Shown: piece after piece, positions 50,365 through 61,391 of the stretch
How positions within the stretch are numbered: the stretch's first letter is position 1
Layout: each line of letters opens with the position of its first letter
Source: Polyangiales bacterium
Lineage (GTDB): Bacteria; Myxococcota_A; Polyangia; Polyangiales; JADJQN01
Direction of reading: 5' to 3'
Assembly (NCBI GenBank): GCA_964202905.1
Contig: CAXNJO010000002.1
Location: 1-64,000 of the forward strand
Length of the DNA: 64,000 nt
The notes under the pieces: model-generated
What the model was told of the DNA's origin: nothing
Seen by the model: only the letters and a program-made list of their open reading frames with translations
Databases searched by the model: none
Program-made: the position numbers and the translations under genes

Positions 50365-53300
50365 CTAGGAGACGTCGCCGAGCGCGCAGCTGATCTCGAA
50401 GCGCATGCCGCGGTCGCTGTCGGCGACGAGCTTGCCGCGCAGCTGCCGCGTCAGCGAGCGGATGAGCTGCAGGCCGAGCGTGCCCGACGTCGCCGGATCG
50501 AGCCCCGAAGGCAGGCCCGCGCCCGAGTCGCTGACGGAGACGTACACGCGTCCGTCGCGCGCCCGCACCTCGACGCGCACGTCGCAGTCCGCGCCCGTGC
50601 GCCCGGTCTCGCCGGCCGGACGCGCGATGGCCTGCCCGTACTTGATCGCGTTGGTGATCAGCTCGTTGAGGATGAGCCCGAGCGGGACCGCGTGCTCGAC
50701 GGTCACCTCGACGGGATCGACGCGCACATCGAGGCGTGTGCCCGGCGAGAGCGCGGCGCGGAGCGAGTCCGCGAGGCTGCGCGCGTAGTCGCCGAAGTCG
50801 ATCCGCTCGAGGGAGTCGACGCCGTAGAGCTGCTGGTGGATGAGCGCCATCGAGCGGACGCGGTAGACGCTCTCGGCGAGGAGCGTGCGCGCGCGCTCCC
50901 CGGGCATCTGCTCGCTCTGCAGCATGAGCAGGCTCGAGATGATCTGGAGGTTGTTCTTGACGCGGTGGTGGATCTCCTTGAGGAGCGTCTCCTTCTCGCG
51001 GAGCGAGCGCGTGACCTCTTCCTGCGCGGCGTGGCGCTCGGTCACGTCGGCGACGCCCGCGAGCACCTGGAGCTCGCCGTTGAGTTGCAGCGACACGAGC
51101 CCGATCTCCGCGGGGAACTGGTGCCCGTCGCGTCGCACGGCCTGGACGAGCCGATTCGGGGCCATCTCCCGGCCGCGCACCCCCGCGCGGAAGCCATCCA
51201 TGAGCCCGTCGTGCCGCGCCGCGACCGACGCCGGGACGAGCCGCGAGACGGGCAGGCCCTCGAATTCGGCCTCGTCGTAGCCGAAGAGCGAGCGCGCGTT
51301 GAGGTTCGACTGCACCACGCGCCGGTCACCGTCGACGATGAGCATCGCCTGGGGCGCATGCTGGAAGAGGCGCTCGAAGCGCTCTTCGCTGAGCCGCAGC
51401 TCGCGCGTGCGCGACTCGACGCGCTCCTCGAGCGCGGCGTTGAGGCTGCGCAGCGCGTCGCGCCCCTCCTGGATCGCGAGGTGGGCGCCGAGGACCGCGC
51501 CGAACTGCACCGCGCTGTCGATGACCTCCGGCGTCGGCGGCGCGTCGCCACGCAGGCCCAGGTTGAGCGTGCCGAACGCGCCGCGCAGCCCGATGATCGG
51601 CACGACCACGAAGTGCCGGAAGTCATGGGCCTGCTGCAGATGCTGCCAATCCGGGAAATCCTCGACGCGGTGTTCGCGCGTCGTGACGGGCACGCCACGC
51701 TGCAAGGCCGCGAGGAGGGCCGTCCCGCTGCCCGCGAAGTCGAGTTCGATCTGCTCGGCGCTCACCTGCGCGCGCCGCTCGATCCACGCCGCGCCGGCCG
51801 CGAAGAAGGTCTCCGCGCTGCCGAACTCCGCCGCGATGTCGAGGAAGAACATCCGCAGGCGCTGCGTCTCGCCGATGCGCCGCACGAGGGTGACGTGATT
51901 GGCGTCGAAGGCGTCACGGACGCGCGCGCGCACGACGCGGAGGAGGTCGGCCGTGTTCTCCGTGCGGGAGAGCTCCGCGGAGAACTCGAGCAGCGCCGCC
52001 TGCCGCGAGGTCTGCTGCGCGAGGTGCGCGTTCAACCCGCGCAGCGCCGCCTCGTCGGCGACCCGCTGGAGGCCGGCCGTGAGCGCGTCGGCGAAGAGCT
52101 GCAACAGCGCCGCGAACTCGGCGGGCAGCAGGGGCTCGAAGCGCGGGTTGTCGACGCCGACGAAGCCGCGCAGCACGCCGTCGACGAGGAGCGGCACCGC
52201 GACGAGGCTGGTGATCCCCTGCGCGGAGAGGATCTCCCGCTCGGCCGCGGCCTCCGGCGGGAGCTCCGCGACGGACGGGATGTGGAGCGGCGCGCCGCTG
52301 CGGATCGGCGCCATGAAGAACTCGAAGTCCGAGGCGGCGAGGGCCTGCAGGTTCGCGCGCTGGGCCTCGACGCGGGGCGCGCACCACTCGTGCGTGTTGT
52401 CGATGAGGCCGCCGCGGACCTGGAAGACGTACGCGCGGTCGGCCTGCACCTGCTCGCCGAGCCCCGCGAGCGCTTCGCCGAGCGCCTCGTCGCCGCGCGC
52501 GCCGAGGAAGCCCGAGGAGACGAGCGCCACGAGGCGCTGCACGCCGAGCAGCATCGCGAGGCGGCGCTCGCCGACCTTGCGCTCGCTGATGTCGAAGGAC
52601 GCGCCCACCGCGCGCACCGGCGCGCCGGCCGCGTCGTACACGAGGCGCACGGTGTCACGCAGCCAGCGGTAGCTGCCATCGGCGGCGAGGTGCCGGTACT
52701 CGTGGACGTGGTGCCCCTTCTCGAAGAGCCCGGGCAACCCCGCCTCGACGCGCTCCCGGTCGTCGGGATGCACCGAACGCGCCCAGAACCCGGGCGCGCT
52801 GAACTCTTCGCGGGTGAAGCCGAGCACGGCGACGACCGACTCGCTGATGTACTCGATGCGGAAGTCCGGCAGCGTGGCCGCGTAGATGATGGCCGAGGTC
52901 GAGTTGAGGACGGCCGCGAGGCGTTGACGCTCGTCCTCGAGCGCGGCTTGTCGCGCGCGCTCCTCCGTGACGTTGCGGACGAGCACGGTGCTCTCGTCGT
53001 CGCTCATCCGGGCCATGCGCGCCTCGAACGTCTGCCGCCCCATGGGCAGCTCGAGGTCGTACTCGATCGTCTGCACCTCGCCGCTCGAGACCGACCGCGT
53101 CACCGCGTCGAGCAGGCGCGACGCGAGCGCGGGTTCGAAGAGCGTCCGCACGTTCTGACCAGGGATCTGCTCGGGGGTGACCACCAGGTCCGCTCGGGGC
53201 GCCTCCTTCGAGTAGCGCAGCGCGCCGTCGATGCCGACGGCGAAGAGCATGTCGGGGATGGCCTCGCCGAGGGCGCGCAGACGCTCGTTCTGCTCGGCGA

Positions 53301-55441
53301 TCGCGCGCTGCGCGGCCTCCTCCGCGCTCACGTCGCGGAAGGTGAGCACCACGCCACGCGTGCGACCGTCTTCGCCGATCGCGGCGGCGCGATCCGCGAT
53401 GGGCCGGGCCGAGCCGTCGCGGTGGAGGAGGAGGACGTCGCCGATGCGCACGTGGACGTCGCCCGTCGCGAGGACGGCGGCCACGGGCAGCTCGACCGGG
53501 GCGCGCGTCGACGCGGAGATCGTCCGGAACACGTCCCCGATCGGCTTCCCGATCGCCTCGGCGTGCGTCCACCCGGTGAGCGACGCGGCCGTCGGATTGA
53601 CGAGCGTGATGCGCGCATCCGTGTCGCAGGCGATGACGGCGTCGCCGATCGAGGCGAGGACGACCGCGTGCTGCACCTCGAGGCGCCGCCGCATCCCCTT
53701 CTCGATGGCCTGCACGAGCAGGCTGCCCACCTCCTCGGCGAAGCGCACCTCCGCCGGCGTCCAGATGCGCGGCGAGAGCGACTCGATGCAGAGCACGCCC
53801 CGCACGCCGTCGAGCGAGCGGAGGGGCACGTCGAGCATCGCGAAGATGCCGAGCGGCTCGAGGTAGGACTCGCGGAAGCATGCGGTCGCCGGGTGCGCCC
53901 GCGCGTCGGACGCGACGATGCTCTCCTCCTCGGCGATCGCCGCGAAATAGGCCGGAAAATCGGCCTCCGCGAGCACGTGGTCCGCGGTGTGCGCGCCGGA
54001 AGGCGCCTCGAAGAGATCGCGGCACACGAGCCGCCCGGCCGCGCTGCGCCAGACGCTCACGCGCTCGGCGGAGAGCGCGGCGGCGATCTCCTCGTCGACA
54101 CGCTGCGCGAACGATTGGACGTCGTCCGAGGGCAGGCGTGCGAGGCGGAGCAGCGCCGCCGCGAGGCGCCGCTCGTACGCGTCGGCGAGGGCCTTCTCCT
54201 CCTCGGCGCGCCGGCGCGCGCTGATGTCGCGCATGATGCCGACGAACGAGACGTCGCCGCGCGACTCGACGCGGCTGATCAACAACTCGACCGAGAGCGC
54301 GCGGCCGTCCGCATGCACCGCCGGGAGCTCGAGCAGACGCCCGAGGACGCGCGCCTCGCCCGTCGCGATGTGCCGCGCGAAGCCGTGCTCGTGCGCCGCC
54401 CGCAGACTCTCAGGCACGAGCCGCGAGAGCGACTCGCCGACGATCGCGCTCGCCGGGTAACCGAAGAGCGCTTCCGCCCCGCGATTCCAGTGCGAGATCC
54501 GCCCGCGCGCGTCGGCGCCGACGATCGCGTCGGACACCGAGGTGAAGAGCGCCGCGAAGCGCAGCTGCGCCGCCTCGCGCTCGGAGGCTTCGAGGCGCTG
54601 CGTGGCGCTCACGTCCTTCACGAAGCCCGTCCAGCGCGTGGGACGGCCGCCCTCGTCGAGGCGCGGATTCGCAGCGAGCAGAAGCCAGCGCGGGGCGCTC
54701 GCGTCGCCGCCGCAGCGCACGACGATCTCGAGGGACTCGGCCGTCCGGTGCGCCTCGCGGAGCGCGGCCTGCAAGCGCGGGCGCTCCTCGTCGGCGAGGG
54801 CCGCGAGACAGGAGCGACGCGTCCGCGCAGAGCGCCTCCGCGGAGACGCCGACCACGGGCACGGAGCGCGGGCTCGCGTAGTCGAACACGAGCGCGCCCG
54901 TGTCGTCGATGGCGCCCTCGAAGATCATCTCCGGCAGCGTCTCGGTGAGACCCGCGTAGCGACGCTCGCTCGCGACGAGCGCCGCGTGGGCTTCGCACGC
55001 GCGGGCCGCCACGCCGAGCCTCCGGAGGATGGCGCCGAGCCCGCTCTGCACCATCGCCTCGAGGGCCGCCCCCGACTTGCGCAGCTCGAGGAGCCCGAAG
55101 CCCGGCAGCAGGAAGAGGTGCCGCTCCCCATCGTCCGCGGAGAGGTGGTGGTGGAGTTCGTCGTCCTCCGCCGCGAGCCGATCGCTGTGGACGAGCGAGC
55201 CGAGTTCCCTCAGCTCCGCGTCGACCGCGAAGTGCCGGTCCGGCGGCAGCGCGCAGCGTTGTTCGACACGAAGCGCCGCCGGCGGCACGGGGACCGCGTA
55301 GATCGCGCCCTCGCTGCACCCGAGGCGGCCGACCAGGACCGCGAGCGTGTCCCGCAGCACCGCGGGGAGTTCGAGGCTCCCGCTCAATGCCATCACGGCC
55401 TCGAGCTGGATGGCGACGAGGTCCGTGCCGGAGAGACTCAC
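50365..55441 (-). CDS. Giant multi-PAS/GAF sensor histidine kinase, HisKA_2 type (frameshift ~54808)
   Basis: Several PAS and GAF domains; EIHHRVKNNLQII, NELITNAIKY, DSGAGLP, LGLQLI; no TM seen. Confidence 0.88.
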
Positions 55442-55486
55442 GTGACGCCTGCCGCTGCCGCCATCCCGAGGCGCGCGCCGACCTGC

Positions 55487-58426
55487 TCAGCCCGCACCGC
55501 GCGCTCCGAAGCCCGGATACGGGGCGGGACGACCGAAATGGAAGCCCTGCAGGAGGTCACAGCCGAGCTCGACGAGCACGCTCGCCTCGGCCTGCGTCTC
55601 CACACCCTCGGCGACCACCAGCGTCCCGGCGGGGCGCGCGATCGCGACGACCGAGCGCACGAACGCCTGACGCGCGGGCGACGCGTCGATGCCGCGGACG
55701 ACGACGAGGTCGAGTTTCACGAGGTCGGGGGGCGCGGTCACGAGCCAGGCGAGCCCGGCGTAGCCCTCGCCGAGGTCGTCGAGCGCGACGCGGAAACCGA
55801 CGCCGCGCAAAGCACGCACGGCGGCCGCGAGCTCGCTCGGTGAGCCGAGCTGCGCGCGCTCCGTCAGTTCGAGCACCACGCGGGCCGCGTGCGGACGGAG
55901 CGGCTCGTCGTCCGCGAGCAGCCAGCCGTGCTGCACCTCGAGCGGATGCACGTTCACGAACATCGGCTGCGCGTCCTCGCCGCGCGCCGCGAGGATCGCC
56001 GCGACGCGCGTGCGCACGGCCCGCCCGAGGTCGCGCAGGCGCCCGAGCCGCTCGGCCACCGCGAGCAGGGCGTGCGGCGTGTGCTGGGGATGCTGGCCCC
56101 GCATGAGCGCCTCGTAGCCATGGACGGTGCGGCCGTCACTCTTGACGACGGGTTGGTAGACGACGCCGAGCCCGGCGAGCGCCTCGTCGAACGCGGCCTC
56201 CGTCACGAGGGCGCCGTCGGCGGACGCGCCCGCATCGACCTTCACCCGAAGCAGCGCGTGCTGCAGCCGCGCGATCCGGGCGGCCGCCCCCTCCGCGGGG
56301 ATGGACGACGCGCGCTTCGGCGCGGACGACGCGCGGAAATCGGTGGGCGGCGTCGTCGCGGCGAGGGCCCCTTCGTCCTTCACCTCGATCGCGCGGCGCG
56401 TGAAGGCCTCCATCGTGAAAGGCTTCCACAGCACGCTGACGCCCGGCGCGAACTTCACGAGATCCTGGTCGAAATAGCCGCTCATCACGAGGGCCGCGGC
56501 ACGGGGCGCGACCGTCCGCGCATGCGCGAGCACTTCCTCGCCGCCCATCCCCGGCAGGACCATGTCGCAGAGGATGAGGTCGATGGCCGCCCCGTCCTCG
56601 TCGAGGATGCGACACGCCTCCTCGCCCGAGCCCACGCCGATCACCTCGAAGCCCGCCTCGCGCAGCGCCCGCTCGCATGCGCGCCGCATCGGGGCCTCGT
56701 CCTCGACGAGCAGACAGCGCGCGCCCCCCGCGGTGCCGCGGACTCCCGCGTCGTCGTTACCCGCGGTCCGCGGCGCCTCGTCGCCCGTGATGGGGAGCTC
56801 GAACACGAACGTGGTGCCGACCCCGGGTTCGCTGCTCACGCGGATCGTCCCGCCCGCGCGGTCGACGAGCATGCGGCACGTCGAGAGGCCGAGCCCCGCG
56901 CCGACGCCGTGCGGCTTGGTCGTGAAGAAGGGCTCGAAGATCTTCGCGAGCGTCTCGGCGGGGATGCCCGTGCCTGTGTCCGACACAGCGAGGCGCACGT
57001 AGTGCCCCGCGGCGAACGCCCCCGCGGCCTCGGCGGGACGCTGCGCGGATACGGTGACCTTGCCGCCCCGCGGCATCGCGTCCCGCGCGTTGACGATGAG
57101 GTTCAGCACGATCTGCTCGAGCGAGGTCGCGTCGAGCCCGATCGCCATGGGCTCGAGCGCGAGGTGGAACTCGAGCGCGACCGTCGACCCGGCGAGCCGC
57201 TCAGCCATCGGGCGCAGCTCACCGAGCACCTTCACGACGTCTGCGTGGGTCGCGCCGGCGACCTCGCCGTGCCGCGAGAAATCGAGCAGTTTCCGCGTGA
57301 GCAGCGCGCCCCGCTGCGCGGCGTGCACGACCTCGTCGAGGTCGGAGCGCTGCTCGTGGTCCTCGCCGAGGTCCGTCCGCGCCAGATCGGCGAAGGCGAC
57401 GATCGCGCCGAGGACGTTGTTCATGTCGTGCGCGATGCCCGCGGTGAGGCGCCCGACGAGCGCGAGGCGCTGGCTGTCCGCGAGCGCCGTCTCGGCCGCG
57501 CGCTGGCGGGTCACGTCGAGGTGGAACACCAGCATGTGCGTGATCTGCCCGTTGCGGCTCGCGACGGGAGACACGCCGACGGAGGTCCAGAACACCTCGC
57601 CGTTGGCTCGGACACCGCGCGTGACGCCATCGACGGCGACGCGCGCCTCGATCGCGGCCTGGAGGCGCATGGCCGCCTCGCTCGTGCCCTCTTCGGCGAG
57701 GAAGCAGGGCCGCCGTCCGATGGCCTCCTCGCGCGTCATCCCGCTCAGCGTGAGGAAGGCGTCGTTGCAGTAGACGATCGCGCGGCGGTCACCGCGCGCA
57801 TCGACGAGGAGGATGCCGACGGTCGCCGAGTCGACCGCCGCCCCGAGCAGGCGCAGGCCGGTGTCCGCCGCGTGCCGCTCGAACGCGACGGCGAGCGTGG
57901 CCGAGAGCGTCCGCTCGTCGAAGGGCTTGAGCAGGTAGCCGTAGGGGGAGATCTCCGCGGCGCGGCGCACGGTGTCGTCGTCGGCGTAGGCGGTGAGGAA
58001 GATGATGGGGACGTCGCCGAGCTGGCTGATCGCGCGGGCGGTCTCGATGCCATCGACGGGGCCGCGGATGGAGATGTCCATGAGGACGATCTCCGGCTGG
58101 TGCTCGACGAAGAGCGCGACCGCCTCGTCGCGGTTGTCGCCGATGCCGACGACGTCGTAGCCCATCCGCAGAAGGCGACGCTCGAGGTCGAGCGCGATGA
58201 GTGCTTCGTCCTCGACGATGAGCACCCGGCCCCGGGCGGTGCGCACGGGCGTCGGCCCGCCGCTGCCCCCTGGCGGCAGCGAGCCGCGGCCGGTGACGGC
58301 CACGAAGACCTGGGAAGGGGACGTGCGACGCGAACCGGTGCCCCCTGCTGCGCCCGAGCCTGCGGGGCCCTGGGGCGTGGTCTCGGACGCAGGCTGTTCG
58401 GAGGGAGAAAGGGAGGTGGGATGCAT
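55487..58426 (-). CDS. REC-PAS-histidine kinase-REC-EAL hybrid protein
   Basis: VEDE/MDI/KPF; AHDMNN, NARDAM, DTGTGI, PFFTTK; second REC; YEALMR, FVNV, ELTE, LDDLG, KLD, EGVE, LQG. Confidence 0.9.
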   Translation of the reverse strand: MHPTSLSPSEQPASETTPQGPAGSGAAGGTGSRRTSPSQVFVAVTGRGSLPPGGSGGPTPVRTARGRVLIVEDEALIALDLERRLLRMGYDVVGIGDNRDEAVALFVEHQPEIVLMDISIRGPVDGIETARAISQLGDVPIIFLTAYADDDTVRRAAEISPYGYLLKPFDERTLSATLAVAFERHAADTGLRLLGAAVDSATVGILLVDARGDRRAIVYCNDAFLTLSGMTREEAIGRRPCFLAEEGTSEAAMRLQAAIEARVAVDGVTRGVRANGEVFWTSVGVSPVASRNGQITHMLVFHLDVTRQRAAETALADSQRLALVGRLTAGIAHDMNNVLGAIVAFADLARTDLGEDHEQRSDLDEVVHAAQRGALLTRKLLDFSRHGEVAGATHADVVKVLGELRPMAERLAGSTVALEFHLALEPMAIGLDATSLEQIVLNLIVNARDAMPRGGKVTVSAQRPAEAAGAFAAGHYVRLAVSDTGTGIPAETLAKIFEPFFTTKPHGVGAGLGLSTCRMLVDRAGGTIRVSSEPGVGTTFVFELPITGDEAPRTAGNDDAGVRGTAGGARCLLVEDEAPMRRACERALREAGFEVIGVGSGEEACRILDEDGAAIDLILCDMVLPGMGGEEVLAHARTVAPRAAALVMSGYFDQDLVKFAPGVSVLWKPFTMEAFTRRAIEVKDEGALAATTPPTDFRASSAPKRASSIPAEGAAARIARLQHALLRVKVDAGASADGALVTEAAFDEALAGLGVVYQPVVKSDGRTVHGYEALMRGQHPQHTPHALLAVAERLGRLRDLGRAVRTRVAAILAARGEDAQPMFVNVHPLEVQHGWLLADDEPLRPHAARVVLELTERAQLGSPSELAAAVRALRGVGFRVALDDLGEGYAGLAWLVTAPPDLVKLDLVVVRGIDASPARQAFVRSVVAIARPAGTLVVAEGVETQAEASVLVELGCDLLQGFHFGRPAPYPGFGARGAG

Positions 58427-58577
58427 CTGGGCCGATCCGGTGCCTTCGGTGAGGACGCGTACAGGAAAACAGCGCTCACTTCAAGCGTGAGGGGCGACGG
58501 GGCAGGCGCTCTGGACCCACGCCGGGGGCCATGTATACCCGATACCCCAAGGGGCCAAGCGCCCACCGCGGGGCCCG

Positions 58578-58606
58578 TTGACACCCCTGCGCGAGACCTC
58601 TACTCC
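58578..58606 (+). promoter_or_regulatory. Possible sigma70 promoter
   Basis: TTGACA-N17-TACTCC upstream of GGAGG and ATG 58623. Confidence 0.4.
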
Positions 58607-58622
58607 CGGCGCTGGAGGCTTC

Positions 58623-59645
58623 ATGCGGCGCATCCTCGTGTCCGGATCCCTGTGCGCACTGCTGTTGACCCTCGGTGGGTGTGGGGGCGACGACGCCGCG
58701 GGCGGCGACGCGGGCGGCGCGGTCGACCTCGGCCCCGGCGTCGACCTCGGCGCGGACCCGGTCGATGGGGGCGCGATGGCGGACGGAGCCGCCCCGGTGG
58801 ATCTCGGACCCGGCATCGTCCTGATGGAGGACGGCGGGTTCACGTGGACGTGTCGCCGCATCTCGTGCGGCGGGCGCGTCACGGAGTGCGGCGATTGCGT
58901 GGACAACGACGCGGACGGCACCGTCGACGAGCGTGACCCGGAGTGCCTCGGCCCCTGCGACAACACGGAGGGGCCCGCGCTCACGGCGGGTGTCGGCGGC
59001 GAGACCGGCGGTCCCTGTGTCGCGGACTGCTACTTCGACTTCGGCAACGGCCCCGGCAACGACGATTGCCTTTGGGACCACCGCTGCGATCCGCTCGCCG
59101 TCTCGCCCGCCTACCCGCCCGAGGGCAGCGCCTGCCCGTTCGAGGGCTCCCGCGTCGGCGGCCGTACCTGCCCCGCCGCGCAGAGCGAGATGTGTCTCGA
59201 CGTGTGTCGCCCGCTCACGCCCAATGGCTGCGACTGCTTCGGATGCTGCACGTTCGACGCGATCGCGGACCGAAGCCCGGCGGAGGGCGGCGCGTACGTG
59301 TGGCTCGGCTCCGTGTTCCCGGGCACCAACGACGGCAGCTGCACGCTCGACGACGTGCGCGACACGGCGCTCTGCAAGCCGTGCACGCCCGTCGCCGACT
59401 GCCTCAACGACTGCGGGCGCTGCGAGCTCTGCATCGGCCGCGATCCCGCGTCGCTCCCGGCCGATTGCTTCCCGCCGCCCCCCCCGCCGCCCGTCGACGG
59501 CGGCACCACGACGGATATGGGCCCGCCACCGCCGCCGCCCCCCCGCTGCGATCCGGGCGTGCAGCTCTGCGGCCTGCCCGGGGAGCCGGCTTGTCCGCTC
59601 GACACGTACTGCGTGACGGGCTGCTGCGTGCCGACGATCATCTGA
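58623..59645 (+). CDS. Cysteine-rich lipoprotein
   Basis: Lipobox LGGC; 32 further Cys; DNDADG Ca-binding-like loop; poly-Pro linkers. Confidence 0.8.
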   Translation: MRRILVSGSLCALLLTLGGCGGDDAAGGDAGGAVDLGPGVDLGADPVDGGAMADGAAPVDLGPGIVLMEDGGFTWTCRRISCGGRVTECGDCVDNDADGTVDERDPECLGPCDNTEGPALTAGVGGETGGPCVADCYFDFGNGPGNDDCLWDHRCDPLAVSPAYPPEGSACPFEGSRVGGRTCPAAQSEMCLDVCRPLTPNGCDCFGCCTFDAIADRSPAEGGAYVWLGSVFPGTNDGSCTLDDVRDTALCKPCTPVADCLNDCGRCELCIGRDPASLPADCFPPPPPPPVDGGTTTDMGPPPPPPPRCDPGVQLCGLPGEPACPLDTYCVTGCCVPTII

Positions 59646-59792
59646 GGTCTCGCGGCGCCGTCGCGCCTGCGCACGGCGCGCGGGGGCGCACGGCGCACGG
59701 GGGACGGAAGGCCGGGGGCGCGCAGGGGCCCGCGGGCCGGCGCAGAGGGGCACTACACCTCGAAAAACCGGCCCAGCGCGCGGCCCGCGGCG

Positions 59793-60533
59793 TCAGCGGA
59801 GCAGCGCGCCGCCGTCGACGACCAGCGTCGTGCCGGTCGTCCACGTCGCGTCGAGGAGGGAGAGCACGGCCGAGGCGATCTCGCTCGGCCGACCGAGGCG
59901 TCCGAGCGGGTGCACGGCGGCGAGCGCCGCGAGGTCACGGCCGCGCAGCATCTCGGTGTCGACGGCCCCGGGCGCGACGACGTTGACGCGGATGCCGCGG
60001 GGCGCGAGCTCGATCGCCATGGCGCGGGCGGCCGCGTCGAGCCCCGCCTTGGCCGCGGCATACGCGAGTGTCCCGGGGACCGGCCGCTGCGCGAGGTTCG
60101 ACCCGACGAGCACGATGGCCCCGCCGTCCGCGAGGCGGTCGAGCGCGACCTGCGCGAGCAGCACGGGCGCGACGAGGTTCGCGCCGAGCGTCGCGGCGAA
60201 ATCCGACTCCGCGATCGCGCCGAGCGGCGCGTGCCGCGCGATGCCCGCCGCGAGCACGAGCGCGTCGAGGCCCCCGAGCGCGGCGCACGCCCGCTCGACG
60301 AGGCGCGCGCGATCGTCGGCGCGCGTGAGCTCCCCGGCCAGCGGGACCACGCGCCCCGACGGCGACGCCGACGCGGCCTCCGCGACGAGCGCGGCGAGCG
60401 CCGTGTCGTCCCGACCACACGCCGCGACCGCGCTCCCCCGCGCGGCGAGCGCGAGCGCCACCGCGCGTCCGATGCCGCGGCTCGCGCCCGTCACGAGCAC
60501 GCGCCGCGGCGCCACGGCGGGCGGCACGCTCAC
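59793..60533 (-). CDS. Short-chain dehydrogenase/reductase
   Basis: TGASRGIG, AAGI, VGS, YAAAK, VNVVAPG, VDGG; GTGA overlap with folB-cupin. Confidence 0.9.
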   Translation of the reverse strand: MSVPPAVAPRRVLVTGASRGIGRAVALALAARGSAVAACGRDDTALAALVAEAASASPSGRVVPLAGELTRADDRARLVERACAALGGLDALVLAAGIARHAPLGAIAESDFAATLGANLVAPVLLAQVALDRLADGGAIVLVGSNLAQRPVPGTLAYAAAKAGLDAAARAMAIELAPRGIRVNVVAPGAVDTEMLRGRDLAALAAVHPLGRLGRPSEIASAVLSLLDATWTTGTTLVVDGGALLR

Positions 60534-61279
60534 GGCGCCTCGGGCGGGCGCTGCCAGGCCGGCTCCGGCGCGACCTCCGCGAGCGGCGCGTCGACCTCGA
60601 TCTCGTCCGCGGGATCGAAACGCGGCGCGTCGACGCACAACACGGTCTGCCAGCGCTCGGTGGGGTTGTCGTAGCGGTGCGGCGCGTCGTGGGGCCATCG
60701 GAAGACCGTGCCCGGCGCGACCGGGCGCCCCTGGCAGAGCAGCCCGTCGCCCACGATCATCTCGCTCTCGCGCATGACGCGGTGCACGTGCAGCGGGATG
60801 CCGCGACCGGGCGCGATGTTGAGGCGGTAGATGCCCGCTTCGCGCGTCTCGTGGAGGACGTCGACGGTACCGAAGCCCTTCGTCTCGTGGAGCACCTTCG
60901 CCCACTGGGCATCACGCGTGATGGTGATCGAAGGGACGGCTCGACCACCGAGCGCGCGCGGCTTGGTGAGCGTGATGCGCGCCCGCTCGATCGGCGCGCG
61001 GCGCTCACCGGCGGCCGGGGGCGCGAGCAGGAGCAGGGCGAGCGCGTGGGCGGCGGTCTCGAGCAGGCGGAAGCGACAGCTCTCGAGGAGGAACGCCACC
61101 TGCCCCGCGATCGACGCGTAGTCGACCGTGTCGCGCAGGCGCTCGTGCAGCGCGGCCACCTCCGTCGGGGCCTCGAGCTCGAGGTCGACGCGCAGGCGTT
61201 GGGGGACGTCGCGCTCGTGGGGATAGACGCCGACGATGCACTCGACCTCGAGGCCTGTGATGCGGATGAGATCGTTCAC
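60530..61279 (-). CDS. folB: Dihydroneopterin aldolase (FolB-like) fused to a cupin domain
   Basis: GVYPHER..PQ, TVDY, LLET, LTKP; then IPLHVH...ESE...WPHDAPHRYDN. Confidence 0.8.
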   Translation of the reverse strand: MNDLIRITGLEVECIVGVYPHERDVPQRLRVDLELEAPTEVAALHERLRDTVDYASIAGQVAFLLESCRFRLLETAAHALALLLLAPPAAGERRAPIERARITLTKPRALGGRAVPSITITRDAQWAKVLHETKGFGTVDVLHETREAGIYRLNIAPGRGIPLHVHRVMRESEMIVGDGLLCQGRPVAPGTVFRWPHDAPHRYDNPTERWQTVLCVDAPRFDPADEIEVDAPLAEVAPEPAWQRPPEAP

Positions 61280-61353
61280 GGCGCGCGTTTTTGGGCTCGC
61301 CGCGCCGCCGAGTCAACGGGCGCGCGCGCCCCGCCGCGGCCTGACGCACCGCG

Positions 61354-61382
61354 TTGAACGCGCCCCCGCCCGGGTGTAGCTT
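61354..61382 (+). promoter_or_regulatory. Sigma70-type promoter for the aminotransferase
   Basis: TTGAAC-N17-TAGCTT, 9 nt before ATG 61392. Confidence 0.55.
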
Positions 61383-61391
61383 CGCGCGCGC

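Noticed and set aside
59793..60533. Calling the SDR FolM/pteridine reductase
   Set aside because: It has classical TGASRGIG and Ser-Tyr-Lys rather than the Arg/Asp features I associate with PTR1/FolM; only context supports the call
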